From: Candidatus Kapaibacterium sp.
Lineage (GTDB): Bacteria; Bacteroidota; Ignavibacteria; Kapaibacteriales; HRBIN21
NCBI GenBank assembly: GCA_025059875.1
Contig: JANXCT010000003.1
Coordinates: forward strand, 4,176-68,175
Direction of reading: 5' to 3'
DNA: 64,000 bases
Made by a program: the position numbers and the translations under genes. The notes under the pieces were generated by a model that was given only the letters and a program-made list of their open reading frames with translations, did no database searches and was not told where the DNA came from. Each line of letters opens with the position of its first letter. Position 1 is the first letter of the stretch. Shown here in pieces: positions 20,227 through 30,396 of this stretch.

Positions 20227-21237
20227 ATGTTGCTGACACCGGAAACGGTGCTCGCACTGCGCCCTACAGCACCTGAAGTCTTCTTCAGTCGCTACCTACC
20301 GGACGACCCGCGCCTCGGGGAACTCGTCCTCCGCGGTATCCCAACGGAGGCGCAGCGCCTCGATGCTGTCTTCCTCGGTATCCCCCAGGACCTCGGCGTC
20401 ATCCAGAACGCTGGACGCCCCGGCGCTGCAGAGGCGCCCGCTGCGATTCGCTCAGCCTTCTACCGGCTGACCCCCGACACTGGGACGTCGGCTGGGCTAG
20501 ACCAGCTCAGCATAGCTGACCTCGGCGACATTGACCCAACGGACAAGTCGCTGGAGGAGCTCCATGCTCTACAGGAGCGCTGCATCTCGGAGCTCCTCAT
20601 TCACGCCCCGTGTGTCATTGTCCTCGGCGGAGGACACGATATCGCCTACCCTAACGCAGCCGCGCTCCTCCGGCACTCCCCTTGTGGCATCCTCGTCTTC
20701 GACGCCCACCCCGACGTGCGACCGCGCATTGACGGCAAACCGCATTCCGGCTCTGCCTTCCGCCAACTGCTGGAAGAGCTCCGCTTTCCAGCGGAGCGCT
20801 TAGCCTACATCGGCCTCCAGCCCTACGCTATTGCCCGCGAGCACCGGGAGTACCTCCAGCAGCGAGGGGCACATCTCTGCTTCCTCCCAGAACTCCTCCG
20901 GCGAGGGATGGCGTCGGTCTTACCGGAGCTGTTCGCCGCCATCTCCGATGGCGGCCAACTTCCTGTCTACGTCTCCATCGACATGGACGCCATCCCTGCG
21001 GCATTTGCCCCTGGAGTGAGCGCGCCAGCTACCATCGGTATTCCGCCAGAGCAGCTCTTGTGGGCAGCCCATTTCTTGGGCTCCTCTCCGAACGTCCGCC
21101 TCCTGGACATCGCCGAGCTCAACCCGCGATACGACCTAGACCATCGGACAGCCCGTCTAGCAGCCCTCATCCTGGCAACGTTCCTCGCAGGGCTACTCCA
21201 ACGGCCCCAGAGCTCTGCATCTACGGAGAACTCCTAA
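20227..21237 (+). CDS. hutG: Formimidoylglutamase (arginase/ureohydrolase family)
   Basis: DDPRLG, GRPGAAEAPAAIR, GGGHDIAY, DAHPDVR, SIDMD, APGVSAP, IAELNP, TARLAA. Confidence 0.75.
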   Translation: MLLTPETVLALRPTAPEVFFSRYLPDDPRLGELVLRGIPTEAQRLDAVFLGIPQDLGVIQNAGRPGAAEAPAAIRSAFYRLTPDTGTSAGLDQLSIADLGDIDPTDKSLEELHALQERCISELLIHAPCVIVLGGGHDIAYPNAAALLRHSPCGILVFDAHPDVRPRIDGKPHSGSAFRQLLEELRFPAERLAYIGLQPYAIAREHREYLQQRGAHLCFLPELLRRGMASVLPELFAAISDGGQLPVYVSIDMDAIPAAFAPGVSAPATIGIPPEQLLWAAHFLGSSPNVRLLDIAELNPRYDLDHRTARLAALILATFLAGLLQRPQSSASTENS

Positions 21238-21270
21238 TTTGGTGCTTCGCACATCGCTCGGGAGAGTGCC

Positions 21271-23274
21271 ATGGTTCGCCTGACGGCCACATACAGTAGG
21301 GTTGCACTCTGGAGCTTATTTGGTAGCGCCCTCCTTTTGGCAGCCTGCCAGCGTGGCGCCCGTTCAGACCAGGAGTTGGAACGACTGGCAGCGAAGACTC
21401 AGAACACCTCTCTCTGGAAGCAGTACGACACCCCTGTGGGTGCCGACTCTACTGTCCCTGCTGAACTGGGAGGTCCAGGGTTTGAACGGATTGCGGATTC
21501 CCTTGGGTTCCGAACGTACGTTCCAACCCCAGAGGAGCTGCCTTTCTTCGGCGACCCTAGGGCGAAGACTGGCGGGAAGATTCGCATCGTCGTGACCCGC
21601 TTCCCACTCAACTTCCGGCCGTATGGGCAGCACTCCAACTACGTGGAGAACTCTATCATCGCCTCACTGGTCTACGAAACCCTGCTGGGTCTCCACCCGC
21701 TCACGCGGGAATTCGTCCCCGCATTAGCCTCGCACTGGAAAATCCTGCCCGACCGCAAGACGTTCCTCTACCGGATTGACCCGAATGCCCGCTTCTCCGA
21801 TGGCAAGCCCGTGACCGCTGAGGACGTTGTGGCTACGTGGCGCCTAGTAATGGACGAGACGATTCTAGAGCCCTCGCTCCAGCTCGTCTTCGGCAAGTTC
21901 GAGGAACCCCGAGCGCTCAGTAAGTACCTGGTAGAAGTGCGCAGCAAGACCCTGAATTGGCGCAACTTCCTCTACTTCTCTGCTGCGCTCCCAATTCTCC
22001 CTGCCCACGTCATTGGGAACATGACGGGCAAGGAGTTCTTAGAGCGCTTCCAGTACGAGATTCCGCCTGGTTCCGGAGAGTACATCCTGCTGCCGGAGGA
22101 CGTCCAGAAGGGCAGATCCTATGCCTTGACGCGCCGCAGCGACTACTGGGCTAAGGACTACCCAACGGCTCGCTACGTTGGGAACTTCGACCGCATTGAG
22201 TTCGAGGTCGTCAAGGACAACCCGTTGCTGGCGTACGAGATGTTCAAGAAGGGAGACAGCGACTTCTTCATTTTCGGCGCTCTCACGACCGAGCATTGGG
22301 TCAAGGACACAGCCTACGAAGCGCTCCAGAAAGGCTGGATCCAGAAGCGGCGTGTCTACACCGACGGTCCCGTTGGTACCATAGGCATCGCCTTCAACAT
22401 GCGCAAGCCCCCGTTCGATGACATTCGCGTGCGCAAAGCCTTTGCCTACCTGCTCAACCGAGAGGCCCTCATCCGGGAGTTGCTCTACGACGAGTACGAG
22501 CCTATGGACTCCTACTACGCCAACACGGTCTACGAAAACCCTAACAACCCCAAGGTGCGCTACAACCCAGAGCTGGCACAGCAGCTCTTGGCCGAAGCTG
22601 GCTGGAAGACTCGTAACGCCGAAGGGATTCTGGTCAAAGACGGGAAGCCCTTCGTTGTGGAGATGGGCATCCCCAAGGCGATCGAGCGTTTCATCACTCC
22701 CTACCAGCAGGAGCTCCGCAAGGCCGGCATAGACCTGCAGCTGAAGTTCCAAGACCCCAATACGCTCTGGCGCAACGCGATGGAGCGGAACTTCTCCCTC
22801 TTCTTCGTGAGCTGGACAGGACTCCAGACCCCGAATCCAGAGACCTCGCTACGCTCAGAGCTGGCCGACAAGAACGACAACAACAACATCGAAGGGTTCA
22901 AGAACCTCCGCGTAGACCAGCTTTGCGACATGTACGACACTGCTTTCTCACGCGAGGCACAAATCCGCATCATCCGCGAGATCGACAGCATCACGATGGC
23001 ATCGTACAAGAACGTGCTCATGTGGTACCCTCGCGGCATCCGGATTGCGTACTGGAACAAGTTCGGAATGCCCGAGTATGTCCTACCACGCTTCACACAG
23101 ATAGGCTACGTCGAGCTGGCCATCATCAGCACATGGTGGTACGACCCCGAGAAAGCACAGCGGTTAGCGGAAGCTCGCCGCACAGGTGGAACGCTCGCCC
23201 GCGAGCCTGTCGAGGTGCGGTACTGGAAGGAGTTTGACGAGCAGCGCCTCCTGGCGCAAGTTCGACCACGCTGA
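21271..23274 (+). CDS. Peptide ABC transporter substrate-binding lipoprotein (family 5, YejA-like)
   Basis: Lipobox LAAC, ARFSDGKPVTAEDV, FNMRKPPFDDIRVRKAF, C-terminal WWYD. Confidence 0.88.
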   Translation: MVRLTATYSRVALWSLFGSALLLAACQRGARSDQELERLAAKTQNTSLWKQYDTPVGADSTVPAELGGPGFERIADSLGFRTYVPTPEELPFFGDPRAKTGGKIRIVVTRFPLNFRPYGQHSNYVENSIIASLVYETLLGLHPLTREFVPALASHWKILPDRKTFLYRIDPNARFSDGKPVTAEDVVATWRLVMDETILEPSLQLVFGKFEEPRALSKYLVEVRSKTLNWRNFLYFSAALPILPAHVIGNMTGKEFLERFQYEIPPGSGEYILLPEDVQKGRSYALTRRSDYWAKDYPTARYVGNFDRIEFEVVKDNPLLAYEMFKKGDSDFFIFGALTTEHWVKDTAYEALQKGWIQKRRVYTDGPVGTIGIAFNMRKPPFDDIRVRKAFAYLLNREALIRELLYDEYEPMDSYYANTVYENPNNPKVRYNPELAQQLLAEAGWKTRNAEGILVKDGKPFVVEMGIPKAIERFITPYQQELRKAGIDLQLKFQDPNTLWRNAMERNFSLFFVSWTGLQTPNPETSLRSELADKNDNNNIEGFKNLRVDQLCDMYDTAFSREAQIRIIREIDSITMASYKNVLMWYPRGIRIAYWNKFGMPEYVLPRFTQIGYVELAIISTWWYDPEKAQRLAEARRTGGTLAREPVEVRYWKEFDEQRLLAQVRPR

Positions 23275-23283
23275 GCGGCTTCC

Positions 23284-24525
23284 ATGTGGGAGTACTTCCT
23301 TCGCCGCTTACTGCTGACGATCCCTACCTTCCTAGGAGCCACACTCGTTGTGTTTGTCATCATCCAGCTAGCACCTGGAGGCCCCTTAGAACAGCAGATT
23401 ATGGCGCTCCGTATGGCCATGGGTGGGGAAGCCGCCGCTGGGGGCGTTGCAGGGCAGACTGGCGCAATGATCCCCGAGAGCGCACTCCAAGAGCTCCGAC
23501 GGTACTACGGCTTCGATAAGCCGATCCTCATCCGTTACCTGACTTGGCTGGGGCTCTGGCCGCGGGAGCTGGAGAGCTACATCGCCACCCCAGGGCGAAT
23601 CCGCAACATCGGCGGTGGTCAGCAGGTGCTGGTGGAGAAGACTCCCGAAGGCTACCGCCTCATTGACCCGTCAACAGGCAACCCGCTGACGGGCTGGCAT
23701 GTTGAACCGCAGCCGAGCGAACGTGGCGAGGAGCGTGTCCGCATCTACCGCACGGGATTCAGCGGTATCCTCACAGGAGACTTCGGCAAGTCGTACACCT
23801 ACAACGAACCCGTGCTGCAGCTCATCCTCCAGCGCCTACCCGTCTCGTTGCAGTTCGGGCTCATTGGCTTCATCCTGAGCTACTCCATCTGCATCTACCT
23901 CGGCATCCAGAAGGCCCTGTCGCACGGTACGCCGTTTGATTTGGTCTCCAGCACCCTGGTCTTCATCGGCTACTCCATTCCTGGATGGGCGCTTGGGGCC
24001 TTCCTGCTGATGCTCTTCGGCACCCAGTCCTTCGTAGAGCTCTTCCCTTTGGGCGGCTTCCAATCGGAGTACTACGAGCAGCTATCGCTGCTGGAGAAAA
24101 TCTTGGACCGTGCATGGCATTTCGTCCTGCCAACAATCGCCTACACCGTCGGCAGCTTCGCTTCGTTGACCGTGCTCATGAAGAACTCGCTCCTGGAAAA
24201 CCTGAGCCAAGACTACATCCGGACCGCGTTCGCCAAGGGGCTCTCAGAGAAGCGCGTCATCTGGCTCCACGCCCTCCGCAATTCCATCATCCCGATTACT
24301 GCCAACATCGGCTACATCATCGGGCTGTTCCTGGCAGGCTCGTACCTCATCGAGCTCGTCTTCAACATTGACGGCGTTGGGAAGCTCTCCATAGAGGCTG
24401 TCTTCGCCCGCGACTACCCAATCGTCTTCGGGTTTACCGTTCTGGCCGTGCTCGTACGGCTCTTTGGGGCCATCCTCTCCGACTTAGCGCTGGCACTAGT
24501 TGACCCACGCATCCGCTTCAAGTAA
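23284..24525 (+). CDS. Peptide ABC transporter permease (YejB/OppB-like)
   Basis: YFLRRLLLTIPT, APGGP, DYIRTAFAKGL, RDYP, VDPRI. Confidence 0.9.
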   Translation: MWEYFLRRLLLTIPTFLGATLVVFVIIQLAPGGPLEQQIMALRMAMGGEAAAGGVAGQTGAMIPESALQELRRYYGFDKPILIRYLTWLGLWPRELESYIATPGRIRNIGGGQQVLVEKTPEGYRLIDPSTGNPLTGWHVEPQPSERGEERVRIYRTGFSGILTGDFGKSYTYNEPVLQLILQRLPVSLQFGLIGFILSYSICIYLGIQKALSHGTPFDLVSSTLVFIGYSIPGWALGAFLLMLFGTQSFVELFPLGGFQSEYYEQLSLLEKILDRAWHFVLPTIAYTVGSFASLTVLMKNSLLENLSQDYIRTAFAKGLSEKRVIWLHALRNSIIPITANIGYIIGLFLAGSYLIELVFNIDGVGKLSIEAVFARDYPIVFGFTVLAVLVRLFGAILSDLALALVDPRIRFK

Positions 24526-24528
24526 GTG

Positions 24529-25695
24529 ATGGCAGTCCCTCTGGAACAGCAAGAAGCCCAGCAATCAGAGCTCGCCGAACGGTCTGCCCAGTCTTTGAGC
24601 ATCTACCAGCGTCGCTGGCGGAAGTTCCGGAGCCTGAAGCGGGGCTACTACTCCTTGCTGATCCTGACGGGAGCCTATGTCCTCTCGTTCTTCCTGCCGC
24701 TGCTCGTCAACAACAAAGCCTTGGCTGTCCGCTATGAGGGACGCTGGTACTTCCCAGCGGTCGAGTCGTGGCTGAACTCGCTCCCCCTCATCGGAGGGCT
24801 CTTCAGTTCTGGGTTCTACAGTGGCGAATCCCTTGGGCAACGCGGGAACCCTGGAGAGTGCAACTACCGACTCCTCCAGCGCCAGTACGAACGGGAAGGG
24901 GGCCGCAACCTCGTCATCCTGCCACCCTACCCCTACAGCCCGATCGAGGACGTGACCGTAGAGGGGAACATGGCCTTCCTGGCGCCGTTGGAGCAGGATC
25001 CGACGGGCTCCGTGCGCCTTCTGGGGACTGATGACCGAGGACGTGACGTCTTTGCACGGATGGCGTACGGGTTCCAAATCTCCCTCTCGTTCGCGCTCCT
25101 GCTGGCACTGCTGGAGTACCTCATCGGCGTGCCGATTGGAGCCGCCTTGGGCTTCTTCGGTGGCCGGTTCGACATCCTGGCCCAGCGACTCATAGAGATT
25201 TGGGCAACAGTGCCGTTCCTCTTCCTGGTCATCATCGTCGCCTCCATCGTGCGCCCGAACTTCATCCTCCTCTTGCTGCTGCTGGCACTCTTCACATGGA
25301 TCGGGATCACCGTGCTCATCCGCGCAGAGTTCTACCGTGAGAAGGCCAAGGACTACGTTGCCGCAGCTATTGCTATTGGTGTCCCACGCTGGAAGGTCAT
25401 GTTCAAACACATCCTCCCAAACTCGCTCGTGCCCATCATCACGTACTTCCCCTTCTCCGTCGTTGCCGGTATCGGCGCTCTGGTCAGCCTGGACTTCTTA
25501 GGGTTTGGGCTACCGCCGCCGACGCCGAGCTGGGGAGAGATGATGAGCGTTGGACTCCAACACTTGGCGACGGGCAAGTGGTGGCTGATGCTCTCGCCCA
25601 TGACAGCACTCTTCCTGACGCTGACGCTCATCGTCTTCATCGGCGAATCCGTCCGCGAGGCCTTTGACCCGAGGACCTTCTCACGCTTGCGGTGA
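24529..25695 (+). CDS. Peptide ABC transporter permease (YejE/OppC-like)
   Basis: LGTDDRGRDVFAR, KHILPN, LDFLGFGLPPPTPSWG, REAFDPR. Confidence 0.9.
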   Translation: MAVPLEQQEAQQSELAERSAQSLSIYQRRWRKFRSLKRGYYSLLILTGAYVLSFFLPLLVNNKALAVRYEGRWYFPAVESWLNSLPLIGGLFSSGFYSGESLGQRGNPGECNYRLLQRQYEREGGRNLVILPPYPYSPIEDVTVEGNMAFLAPLEQDPTGSVRLLGTDDRGRDVFARMAYGFQISLSFALLLALLEYLIGVPIGAALGFFGGRFDILAQRLIEIWATVPFLFLVIIVASIVRPNFILLLLLLALFTWIGITVLIRAEFYREKAKDYVAAAIAIGVPRWKVMFKHILPNSLVPIITYFPFSVVAGIGALVSLDFLGFGLPPPTPSWGEMMSVGLQHLATGKWWLMLSPMTALFLTLTLIVFIGESVREAFDPRTFSRLR

Positions 25696-25701
25696 GGAGT
25701 G

Positions 25702-26715
25702 ATGGCGGAGAAGTCACCGCTGCTACGGATTCGCAACCTGCGTACCTACTTCCGGATTGAGGAGCAGTGGGCAAAGGCGGTGGATGGCGTCTCGCTGGAC
25801 ATCTTCCCTGGCGAAGTCCTCGGACTCGTGGGGGAATCGGGCTCGGGAAAGTCTGTGACAGCGCTCTCCATCCTCCGGCTCATCCCGGACCCGCCTGGGC
25901 GCATTGTGGACGGAGAAATCTGGCTCAACGGCACCAACCTGCTGGCCCTACCGCTGGAGGAGATGTACCGAATCCGCGGCGGCAGGATTGCGATGATCTT
26001 CCAAGAGCCCATGACCTCGCTTAACCCTGTCTTCACCATTGGCATGCAGGTCACGGAGACCATCCTGGCGCACGAGCGTGTGAGCGAAGCCGAGGCGCGG
26101 GCCCGCGCGATAGAGCTCCTCCGCCGCGTTGGAATCCCTGATGCCGAGAAGCGGCTCAATGACTACCCCCACCAGTTCTCTGGTGGGATGCGGCAACGCG
26201 TCATGATCGCCATGGCGCTGGCCTGCAACCCAGAGCTGCTGATTGCCGATGAACCGACCACGGCGCTGGACGTGACAATCCAGGCGCAGATCCTGGAGCT
26301 CATGCTCGAGCTCCAAGCACAGCGCGGCAACGGGGCCATCCTCTTCATCACGCACGACCTGGCCGTGGTGGCGCAGATCTGCCAGCGCGTCGCCGTCATG
26401 TATGGGGGCAAAATCCAAGAGATGGCGCCCACCGAGGAACTCTTCCTCAACCCGCTCCATCCCTACACGCGCGGACTCCTCGAGTGCATTCCCCGCCCGA
26501 CAGCTCCAGGGCAGAAACGTCGCCGGCTCTACGCTATCCCTGGCAACGTGCCGAGCATCCTGCAGCTCCCACAGGGCTGCAAGTTCTGCACTCGCTGTCC
26601 CGTCAAGCTGGACATCTGCGACACGGTGGAGCCGCCTCTGGTAGAGGTTGCCCCCAACCACTTCGTGCGCTGCCATCTGGTCTCACCGATGGAGGGAGGG
26701 CTCCGGTATGAGTGA
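25702..26715 (+). CDS. Peptide ABC transporter ATP-binding protein (OppD-like)
   Basis: [29 protein letters not shown]. Confidence 0.93.
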   Translation: MAEKSPLLRIRNLRTYFRIEEQWAKAVDGVSLDIFPGEVLGLVGESGSGKSVTALSILRLIPDPPGRIVDGEIWLNGTNLLALPLEEMYRIRGGRIAMIFQEPMTSLNPVFTIGMQVTETILAHERVSEAEARARAIELLRRVGIPDAEKRLNDYPHQFSGGMRQRVMIAMALACNPELLIADEPTTALDVTIQAQILELMLELQAQRGNGAILFITHDLAVVAQICQRVAVMYGGKIQEMAPTEELFLNPLHPYTRGLLECIPRPTAPGQKRRRLYAIPGNVPSILQLPQGCKFCTRCPVKLDICDTVEPPLVEVAPNHFVRCHLVSPMEGGLRYE

Positions 26716-27739
26716 GCTCCTGCTGCGGGTAGACGACCTGCGGGTCCACTTCCCCGTCTACGGTGGCGTGCTCCAGCGCATCGTCGGCTGGCTTCCCGCC
26801 GTCGATGGAGTGAGCTTCTCCATCCACCGTGGTGAGACGTTGGGGCTCGTTGGAGAGTCCGGCTCGGGGAAGACCACCGTCGGGCGGGCTATCGTGGGGA
26901 TTATTCCCTTCTCCTCCCCTGATGCCCGCATCAGCGGCCATGCGTGGCTCCACCCATCGGGAGAACTAGAGCCGGTAGACCTCCTCCAGCTCTTCTCCCG
27001 TCACCGCCGCAACGGCTACCCACAGCGGCTTCGGCTCCGCTACCGACGCCACGTCCAGATGGTGTTCCAGGACCCCTTCTCCTCGCTCAATCCTCGGCTG
27101 TCGGTTGGGCAGATTGTGGCCGAGCCTTTGGAGGTTCACTTCCCCGAGCTGTCGCGGGCCGAAATCCAGGAGAAAGTTGTCTGGCTGCTGGAGAAGGTAG
27201 GGCTGCAGCCCGAAGACCGCATGCGGTACCCCCACGAATTCTCCGGCGGCCAGCGCCAGCGCATTGGCCTGGCCCGAGCCCTCGCCACGCGTCCGGACCT
27301 GGTCATCTGCGATGAGCCGGTCTCCGCACTGGACGTCTCCATCCAGGCGCAGGTCATCAACCTCATGGAGGACCTGCAGGAGGAGTTTGGGATGGCCTAC
27401 CTCTTCATCGCGCACGACCTCTCGGTGGTGCACCACATCAGCGACCGCATCGCCGTCATGTACCTGGGGCACATCGTGGAGATCGGCTCCGCCGACACGA
27501 TCTACTTCAGCCCTCGGCATCCGTACACGAAAGCGCTCATCTCCGCTGTCCCCATTGCTGACCCACGACAGAAGCGGGAGCGCATCGTCCTCCGAGGCGA
27601 AATCCCCTCGCTGCTCCGCAAGCCACCCGGCTGTCCCTTCCACCCCCGCTGCCCAATTGCCCAGCTAGAGTGCACGCAGCAGATGCCTGCGCTAGAGGAG
27701 AAGGAGCCCGGCCACTGGGTGGCGTGCCCGTACGCTTAG
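26708..27739 (+). CDS. Peptide ABC transporter ATP-binding protein (OppF-like)
   Basis: GESGSGKT, FSGGQRQR, CDEPVSALD, HPYT, GCPFHPRC. Confidence 0.93.
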   Translation: MSELLLRVDDLRVHFPVYGGVLQRIVGWLPAVDGVSFSIHRGETLGLVGESGSGKTTVGRAIVGIIPFSSPDARISGHAWLHPSGELEPVDLLQLFSRHRRNGYPQRLRLRYRRHVQMVFQDPFSSLNPRLSVGQIVAEPLEVHFPELSRAEIQEKVVWLLEKVGLQPEDRMRYPHEFSGGQRQRIGLARALATRPDLVICDEPVSALDVSIQAQVINLMEDLQEEFGMAYLFIAHDLSVVHHISDRIAVMYLGHIVEIGSADTIYFSPRHPYTKALISAVPIADPRQKRERIVLRGEIPSLLRKPPGCPFHPRCPIAQLECTQQMPALEEKEPGHWVACPYA

Positions 27740-28335
27740 CGGTAGAAGCGACTGAAGGCCGCAGCCACAAGCTGTCGATAGCGCCACGCGTAGACGGCAA
27801 GAGTCCAGAGTGCCAGGAGTGTTACCACCAGGAAGAAGCCCCAGACGCCATCGCTAGTCAGCATCCGCTCGGCGAACTCAGCATGAGGCTGCCGACCGTC
27901 CCGCCAGAGGGCAACCAAGAAGACTACGACAACGAGCCCTCCTAGTTGCACGAAGGTCTTGGCCTGCGCTGCCGGTAGCGTCCGCAGCAGCTCTCCCTGC
28001 TGGATGGCATGCCAGCGCAAAAGCGTCGTAGTGATGTCCCGCGCCACCAAGATGGCCACCATCCACGCTGGCGCAATCCCCAGCCAGCCCAGCGGCAACA
28101 GGACCGAGAGTGCCAGTACCTTGTCCGCCAGCGGGTCCAGGAATGCTCCTTCAGGAGTGCTCTGCGCGTATCGACGAGCAATCCAGCCGTCAACCCCGTC
28201 AGTGAGAGCTGCAATGGCAAACAGAAAGGCTCCCAGCCACACCACCCACGCCTGCTCCACCCCCAGACATACCCCCACAAACGGCGCCAGCACCAGGCGC
28301 GTCAACGTCAGTATGTTGGGGATGTTCAGCACCAT
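27736..28335 (-). CDS. pgsA: CDP-alcohol phosphatidyltransferase (PgsA-like)
   Basis: NIPNILTLTR and DGVDGWIARR...GAFLDPLADK signature. Confidence 0.85.
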   Translation of the reverse strand: MVLNIPNILTLTRLVLAPFVGVCLGVEQAWVVWLGAFLFAIAALTDGVDGWIARRYAQSTPEGAFLDPLADKVLALSVLLPLGWLGIAPAWMVAILVARDITTTLLRWHAIQQGELLRTLPAAQAKTFVQLGGLVVVVFLVALWRDGRQPHAEFAERMLTSDGVWGFFLVVTLLALWTLAVYAWRYRQLVAAAFSRFYR

Positions 28336-29093
28336 GCCCGCCGAATCGCCGAGCGGACGATTGCACAGAACTCCTCAGCTCGCAGCGATGCTGTACCCAC
28401 CAGAACCCCAGCAACTTCGGGAATGCCGAGGATGGACTCCGCGTTGCCGGCGTGGACGCTGCCTCCGTAGAGGATAGGGACCTCCGACGGAAGGCCCTGC
28501 TGCAGTAAGGAGCGGCGCACCACTGCATGGGCTTCGGCAATCTGCTCCGGTGTCGCCGCAACCCCTGTCCCGATGGCCCACACGGGCTCGTAGGCCACCA
28601 GGAGTCCTGTCCACATCGTCGCTGGTACACGTCCCAAGACGCCGCTGAGCTGGCGTTCGATAACGGCTGCCGTCTGCCCCGAACGCCGCTCCTCTAGTGT
28701 CTCGCCGATGCAGAGGATGGGCCGCATGCCGAACTCTACTACCCGCTGTAGCTTACGGGCAAGCTGCGCGTCGCTCTCACAGGCGTAGCGGCGCCGCTCC
28801 GAGTGCCCTACGAGCACAAGCTGGCATCCCAGTTCCGCCAGCATACGAGCCGAAACCTCCCCTGTGTAAGCTCCCTCCACCTCTTCGTGGCAGTTCTGTG
28901 CCCCCCAGAGGACTGGGCTCCCTTGGAGGGCTCGAGACACCGCCTCTAGGTTCGGAAATGGCGGGCAGACGGCTACCCGTACTCGGGGGCAGCGCTCGAG
29001 CTCGTTGGCAAGCTCCCCGCGCAGACGCAGTGCCAAGCAGTGGGCCTCCGACGGTGTTGTGTGCATCTTCCAGTTCCCCACCACCCACCTCAT
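28326..29093 (-). CDS. tpiA: Triosephosphate isomerase
   Basis: VGNWKM, GAYTGEVS, GHSERR, AYEPVWAIGTG, YGGSV. Confidence 0.97.
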   Translation of the reverse strand: MRWVVGNWKMHTTPSEAHCLALRLRGELANELERCPRVRVAVCPPFPNLEAVSRALQGSPVLWGAQNCHEEVEGAYTGEVSARMLAELGCQLVLVGHSERRRYACESDAQLARKLQRVVEFGMRPILCIGETLEERRSGQTAAVIERQLSGVLGRVPATMWTGLLVAYEPVWAIGTGVAATPEQIAEAHAVVRRSLLQQGLPSEVPILYGGSVHAGNAESILGIPEVAGVLVGTASLRAEEFCAIVRSAIRRAWC

Positions 29094-29620
29094 TGGCGGC
29101 GCCCACGCACGCGGAAGACCCGGTACGTCTGGAGATCGTGGCTCGCCTCGAATCCAACGCCCTCGATGACCTCCCTCGGCGTTATGATAGTGACCGGTGC
29201 TGAGGAGAAGAACTGCTGCCGCTGGCGGTCCCACCACAGCTCCGTCGTCTGCAGGCTCCGCCCCTCCGGATGCGAGCGGGCAACGACCCGACCGAAAGCG
29301 GCCATGAGTCCAGAGCGCTCCTCCACACGGGCACTATCGGCCGAGAGTTCACCGACGAGCTCCCCAGAACGGAAGAAGCGGGCTTGGACGTGCCCACGCA
29401 GCACCGTCTGGTCCCGCTCCGGCAGCACCCATGCCGTGTCGGCCGTGACCTCAGCGCGTGGAGTGCCTGCCGAGTCCAGGAGCCGAACCCACACCTTGAC
29501 GGCAAGCTGTGGTGGTAGTGCCTGCAGCGACTCCTCCGGGAAGAGCTCCCCCTCCGGACGCACGCCCCCGGGGGAGCAGGAGAGCAGGAGCAATCCCATC
29601 ACGACACCCCAACCCCGCAC
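29090..29620 (-). CDS. lptC: LPS export ABC transporter periplasmic protein LptC
   Basis: Lipobox LLSC, LSADSA, LQTTELWWD, IEGVGFEA. Directly downstream of kdsA. Confidence 0.75.
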   Translation of the reverse strand: MRGWGVVMGLLLLSCSPGGVRPEGELFPEESLQALPPQLAVKVWVRLLDSAGTPRAEVTADTAWVLPERDQTVLRGHVQARFFRSGELVGELSADSARVEERSGLMAAFGRVVARSHPEGRSLQTTELWWDRQRQQFFSSAPVTIITPREVIEGVGFEASHDLQTYRVFRVRGRRQ

Positions 29621-30396
29621 CGCTGGGCCGCCTGCCAGAGTTCCACCACCTCCTGCAGGAATCCCTCCACCATCGCCAGCGGGAGCTGAGTCTCCGGGTC
29701 GCTCAGCGCTTGCGTCGGGTCTGGATGGGTCTCGAAGAAGATGCCGTCCACTCCGACGGTGACGGCAGCCCGAGCCAGAGCCCGAACGAACTCCCGGCGC
29801 CCGCCAGAACGCTCCCCAACATTGGGCTGCTGAACCGAATGGGTGGCATCGTAGAGCACCGGACAGCCAGTCTGCCGCAGAATCAGCAGTGAGCGGAAGT
29901 CCACCACCAGGTCACGGTAGCCAAACATCGTCCCCCGCTCGGTCAACCACACCTCGCTACCGCCCCCCAGACGGACCTTCTCCACCGCGTACGCCATGCT
30001 TTCCGGGGCCATGAACTGGCCCTTCTTCACGTTCACCGGCTTGCCCGTAGCGCCGGCGGCCATGAGGAGGTCCGTCTGGCGGCAGAGAAAGGCCGGAATC
30101 TGCAGGATGTCCACATACTGCGCCGCCAGACCTGCCTCCGCCGGCGTGTGAACATCTGTTAGCACGGGAATGCCATACGTACTGCGAATCTCGGCCAGGA
30201 ACTCCAAGGCTCGTTCGTCTCCTATGCCGGTGAAGGAGTGGGCACTCGTGCGGTTTGCTTTGCGGTAGGACGCTTTGAAGACCAGCCGCACGGGCAACTC
30301 AGCGCAGACGCGGCAGAGGTAGTCGGCGACGGTGTGGAGCAGCTCTCGGGATTCCACAACGCAAGGTCCGGCAACAATGAGCAACGCCTTCTCCAT
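29599..30396 (-). CDS. kdsA: KDO 8-phosphate synthase
   Basis: AGPCVVES, KASYRKANRTS, QIPAFLCRQTDLL, KKGQF, DATHSVQ. Confidence 0.96.
   Translation of the reverse strand: MEKALLIVAGPCVVESRELLHTVADYLCRVCAELPVRLVFKASYRKANRTSAHSFTGIGDERALEFLAEIRSTYGIPVLTDVHTPAEAGLAAQYVDILQIPAFLCRQTDLLMAAGATGKPVNVKKGQFMAPESMAYAVEKVRLGGGSEVWLTERGTMFGYRDLVVDFRSLLILRQTGCPVLYDATHSVQQPNVGERSGGRREFVRALARAAVTVGVDGIFFETHPDPTQALSDPETQLPLAMVEGFLQEVVELWQAAQRCGVGVS

Noticed and set aside
19966..20228. Apparent 260-bp head-to-head overlap of recJ and hutG in the ORF track
   Set aside because: Artefact of longest-ORF start calling. Homology and divergent promoter elements put the starts at about 20078 and 20227.
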